DNA from: Mustelus asterias
Lineage: Eukaryota
Assembly: GCF_964213995.1 (NCBI RefSeq)
Contig: NW_027590143.1
Span: 1,178,001 to 1,242,000, forward strand
Length of the DNA: 64,000 bases
Direction: 5' to 3'
Part shown: piece after piece, positions 61,213-64,000 of the stretch
How the letters are laid out: each line of letters opens with the position of its first letter
Numbering within the stretch: the first letter of the stretch is position 1
Notes under the pieces: generated by a model
Told to the model about the DNA's origin: nothing
Databases searched by the model: none
The model's input: only the letters and a program-made list of their open reading frames with translations
Position numbers and translations under genes: made by a program

Positions 61213-61686
61213 AGTTTTTGTACAGGTTCAGCCCATTTCTGTGTCTCTGTGGGTCTCAGTGTGCAGTAATACACCCCGGAGTCTGCCAGCTCTATCTTAG
61301 ACACATTCAGCGGAATGGTGCTCTTCATAAAGTCAAACTCTGCAGAGAAACGATCCCCTCGGAATCTTTCTGTATTCCCACTGTATCTACTTTTCTGATA
61401 CAGAAACTCCATGGACCCGCTGGGATACTGACGATACCAGAATAGATTAGGGTCGTCGCTGGTTGTAGCTGTAAAGTTACAGATCAACTGACGTCCTTCA
61501 CTCACTGTGAGTGCAGCTGGTGTCTGTGTAACAGAGTCTCATCCACAATATCCTGAAAGTATTCAGAGTAACAACACATTAAACGATGTCAATCAACTAC
61601 GTTTATCACACAGAATCTGCATTTTGCCCTGTGCAACAGCCGGATAAATAACTTGGTGCAACGAAAGTGAAACATATTTCCAACAT
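61213..61686 (-). pseudogene. T-cell receptor alpha/delta-type V segment (leader, V exon, near-consensus 23-RSS) inactivated by an in-frame stop
   Basis: Leader 61686-61641 (MLEICFTFVAPSYLS, GC donor); 88-nt intron; V exon 61552-61252 GYCG*DSVTQ..WYRQ..DSGVYYCTLR; TGA 61539-61541; CACAGAG, 23-nt spacer, ACAAAAACT (61251-61213). Confidence 0.92.
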
Positions 61687-62364
61687 CTCAGGGATTATAA
61701 CTTGATTATATTTGAATCGAATAATAAAATTTCTGGAATGCACATTTGGCGCCATCTATCGGGTTCAGTTCCCCTCTAGCGTTTCCTGCAATTTGAAGGG
61801 GAAACTGACAGCTGTCCATAGGTTTTCAAGTCCACTGTTTGTCACAGGGTGTGTGGCGGTAAAGTGGTTAGGGTTAATTTACTGATCCGTGATCAATCCA
61901 TTGTTATCGATGTGATGATGCCATGTGTGGTAAATATATGAAACACAGCTTTGTGAAACTTGTGAACTGACCGGTTAACAGAGCAGCCGCTGTGAGGAAT
62001 AAACGCAAAGTAACAGGAGACATGTTTGCAGAGACCTCATAGCACAGTCAACAGCAATGGGCTGAGGCTGAAAGTTTTCACTCAAGAATTGAGAAGCGGG
62101 TGAGTAACACCCACTTCTCTTCTCATTGGTTCTTCGCCGCGTGCGTCATCAGTTGACATTGAATCATCTAAAACAAATAAGCTAACGATTCAACCAATAA
62201 TATCAAACTCCTTGGATCTTCAATTCCTAACCTCGACACGGAGTGGAAGGTGATTTTATTCATCTTAACCTGAGTACTTTCTGTGGAATAATTCCAACGT
62301 TGGTCCTTCAGCAGCTCAATCTGTACAGCGGAGTCAGAGAAGGAAAACAATGAATGAAACAGTG

Positions 62365-62705
62365 AATGTATGGCCACATTCCCCTACAACTCAATTTTCA
62401 AGTTTGCTGATGACACCACCGTGGTGGGTCGGATTTCAAATAATGATGAGGCAGGAAAGAGATGGAGAATCTGGTGAACTGGTGCGAGGACAGTAGTCGC
62501 TCCCTGAATGTCAGTTAAACGAAAGAGATAGTCATCGACTTCATTAAGCGTAGTGGAGGACATGCCCTATCGACATCAACGGGGATGAAGTGGGAATGGT
62601 CGAGAGCTTCAAGGTTTCTCGATGTCCAGATCACCAACAACTCGTCCTGATCCATCCACGCCGGCGCTATATATAAGAATGCCCACCAACACCTCTCAAG
62701 AGGCG
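62365..62705 (+). mobile_element. Rex1/Babar-type LINE RT fragment
   Basis: IFKFADDTTVVGRISNNDE..LVNWC..SLNVS*TKEIVIDF. Confidence 0.8.
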
Positions 62706-62870
62706 AAGGGCTAGAACTTAGAACTATAACGTTTTCCTTTCACTGTCTCTAGGTCGAAATGCGGAGCTCTCTCCCGAATAGTTTTGTGTATATACTTACA
62801 ACACATGGACTGCAGCAGTCCAAGACGGCAGCTCACTATCACTTTTACAAAGGCAATTAGTGATGGGCAA

Positions 62871-64000
62871 TCATAGAGTCATAGAGATTTGCAGCATGGA
62901 AAAAAGGCCCTTCGAAACAAATTGTCCATGCCGCCCATTTTTTTAAACCTCTAAGCTAATCCCACTTGCCCGCATTTGGCACATATCCCTCTATACCCAT
63001 CGTACCCATGTAACTATCTAAATGCTTTTTAAAAGGCAAAATTGTACCCGCCTCTACTACTACCTCTGGCAGCTTGTTCCAGACACCTACCATCCTCTGT
63101 GTGAAACAATTGCCCTTCTGAACACTTTTATATCTCTCCCCTCACACCTTAAACCTATGCCCTCTAGTTTAAAAAAAACACCTACCTTTGGGAAAAGATA
63201 TTGACTATCTAGCTGATCTGTGCCCCTCATTTTATAGACCTCTATAAGATCACCCCTCAGCCTCCTACGCTCCAGAGGAAAAAGTCCCAGTTTATCCAGC
63301 CTCTCCTTCTAACTCAATCCATCAAGTCCCGGTAGCATCCTCGTAAATCTTTTCTGCACTTCTTCTAGTTTAATAATATCCTTTCTATAATAGGGTGACC
63401 AGAATTGCACACAGTATTCCAAGTGTGGCCTGACCAATGTCTTGTACAACTTCAACAAGACATTCCAACTCCTGTATTCAATGTTGTGACCGATGAAACC
63501 ATGCGTGCCAAATGTCTTCTTCACCACTCTGTCCACCTGTGACCCCACTTTCAAGGAGCTATGAACATGTACCCCAAGATCTCTCTGTAACTCTCCCCAA
63601 CGCCCTACCATTAACTGAGTAAGTCCTGCCCTGGTTCAATCTACCTAAATGCATCACCTCGCATTTGTCTAAATTAAACTCCATCTGCCATTCATCAGCC
63701 CACTCGCCCAATTGATAAAGATCCCGTTGCAATTGGAGATAACTTTCTTCACTGTCCACTATGCCACCAATCTAAGTGTCATCTGCAAACTTAGTAACCA
63801 TGCCCCCTATATTCTCATCCAAATCATTAATATAAATGACAATAACAGTGGACCCAGCACTGATCCTTGAGGCACACCGCTGGTCACATGCCTCCAGTTT
63901 GAAAAACAACTCTCTACAACCACCCTCTGGTTTCTGTCAATGAGCCAATTTTGTATCCATTTAGATACCTCACCCTAAATCCCGTGAGATTTAACCTTAT
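62871..64000 (-). mobile_element. CR1 LINE running off the window end
   Basis: Minus-strand KCEVMHLG, LVRPHLEYCVQFWSP and GVPQGSVLGP remnants; ATCATAGAGT-type reverse tail. Confidence 0.93.

Overview
Vertebrate nuclear DNA, very probably from a shark or other elasmobranch, judged from HER1/CR1 LINEs, HE1-type and Deu-type SINEs and shark-like TCR V segments; this taxonomy is inferred from repeat content. About 40% is retroelement-derived by eye. There are ~17 CR1 copies (one with an uninterrupted 786-aa ORF2 fragment), Penelope remnants with decayed hammerhead cores, a Rex1 fragment, a probable L1 relic and a 776-bp solo LTR. Non-TE content includes two intact two-exon class A GPCR paralogs (GPR139/GPR142-like) with a gap-free conserved proximal promoter, and more than 20 decayed tRNA genes carried in duplicated or inverted cassettes, one of them a tRNA-Pro(TGG) with an 18-nt intron. 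There is also a C2H2 zinc-finger pseudogene, two convergent TCR alpha/delta-type V pseudogenes with 23-RSS, and a possible relic J between them. The most unusual structure is a head-to-tail triplet of ~330-bp U2-snRNA-headed units inside a CR1 copy, with each unit bounded by a copy of the same ~14-bp target sequence. It is a candidate snRNA-derived SINE, possibly target-specific. All calls are by eye; TE boundaries are approximate (tens of bp).
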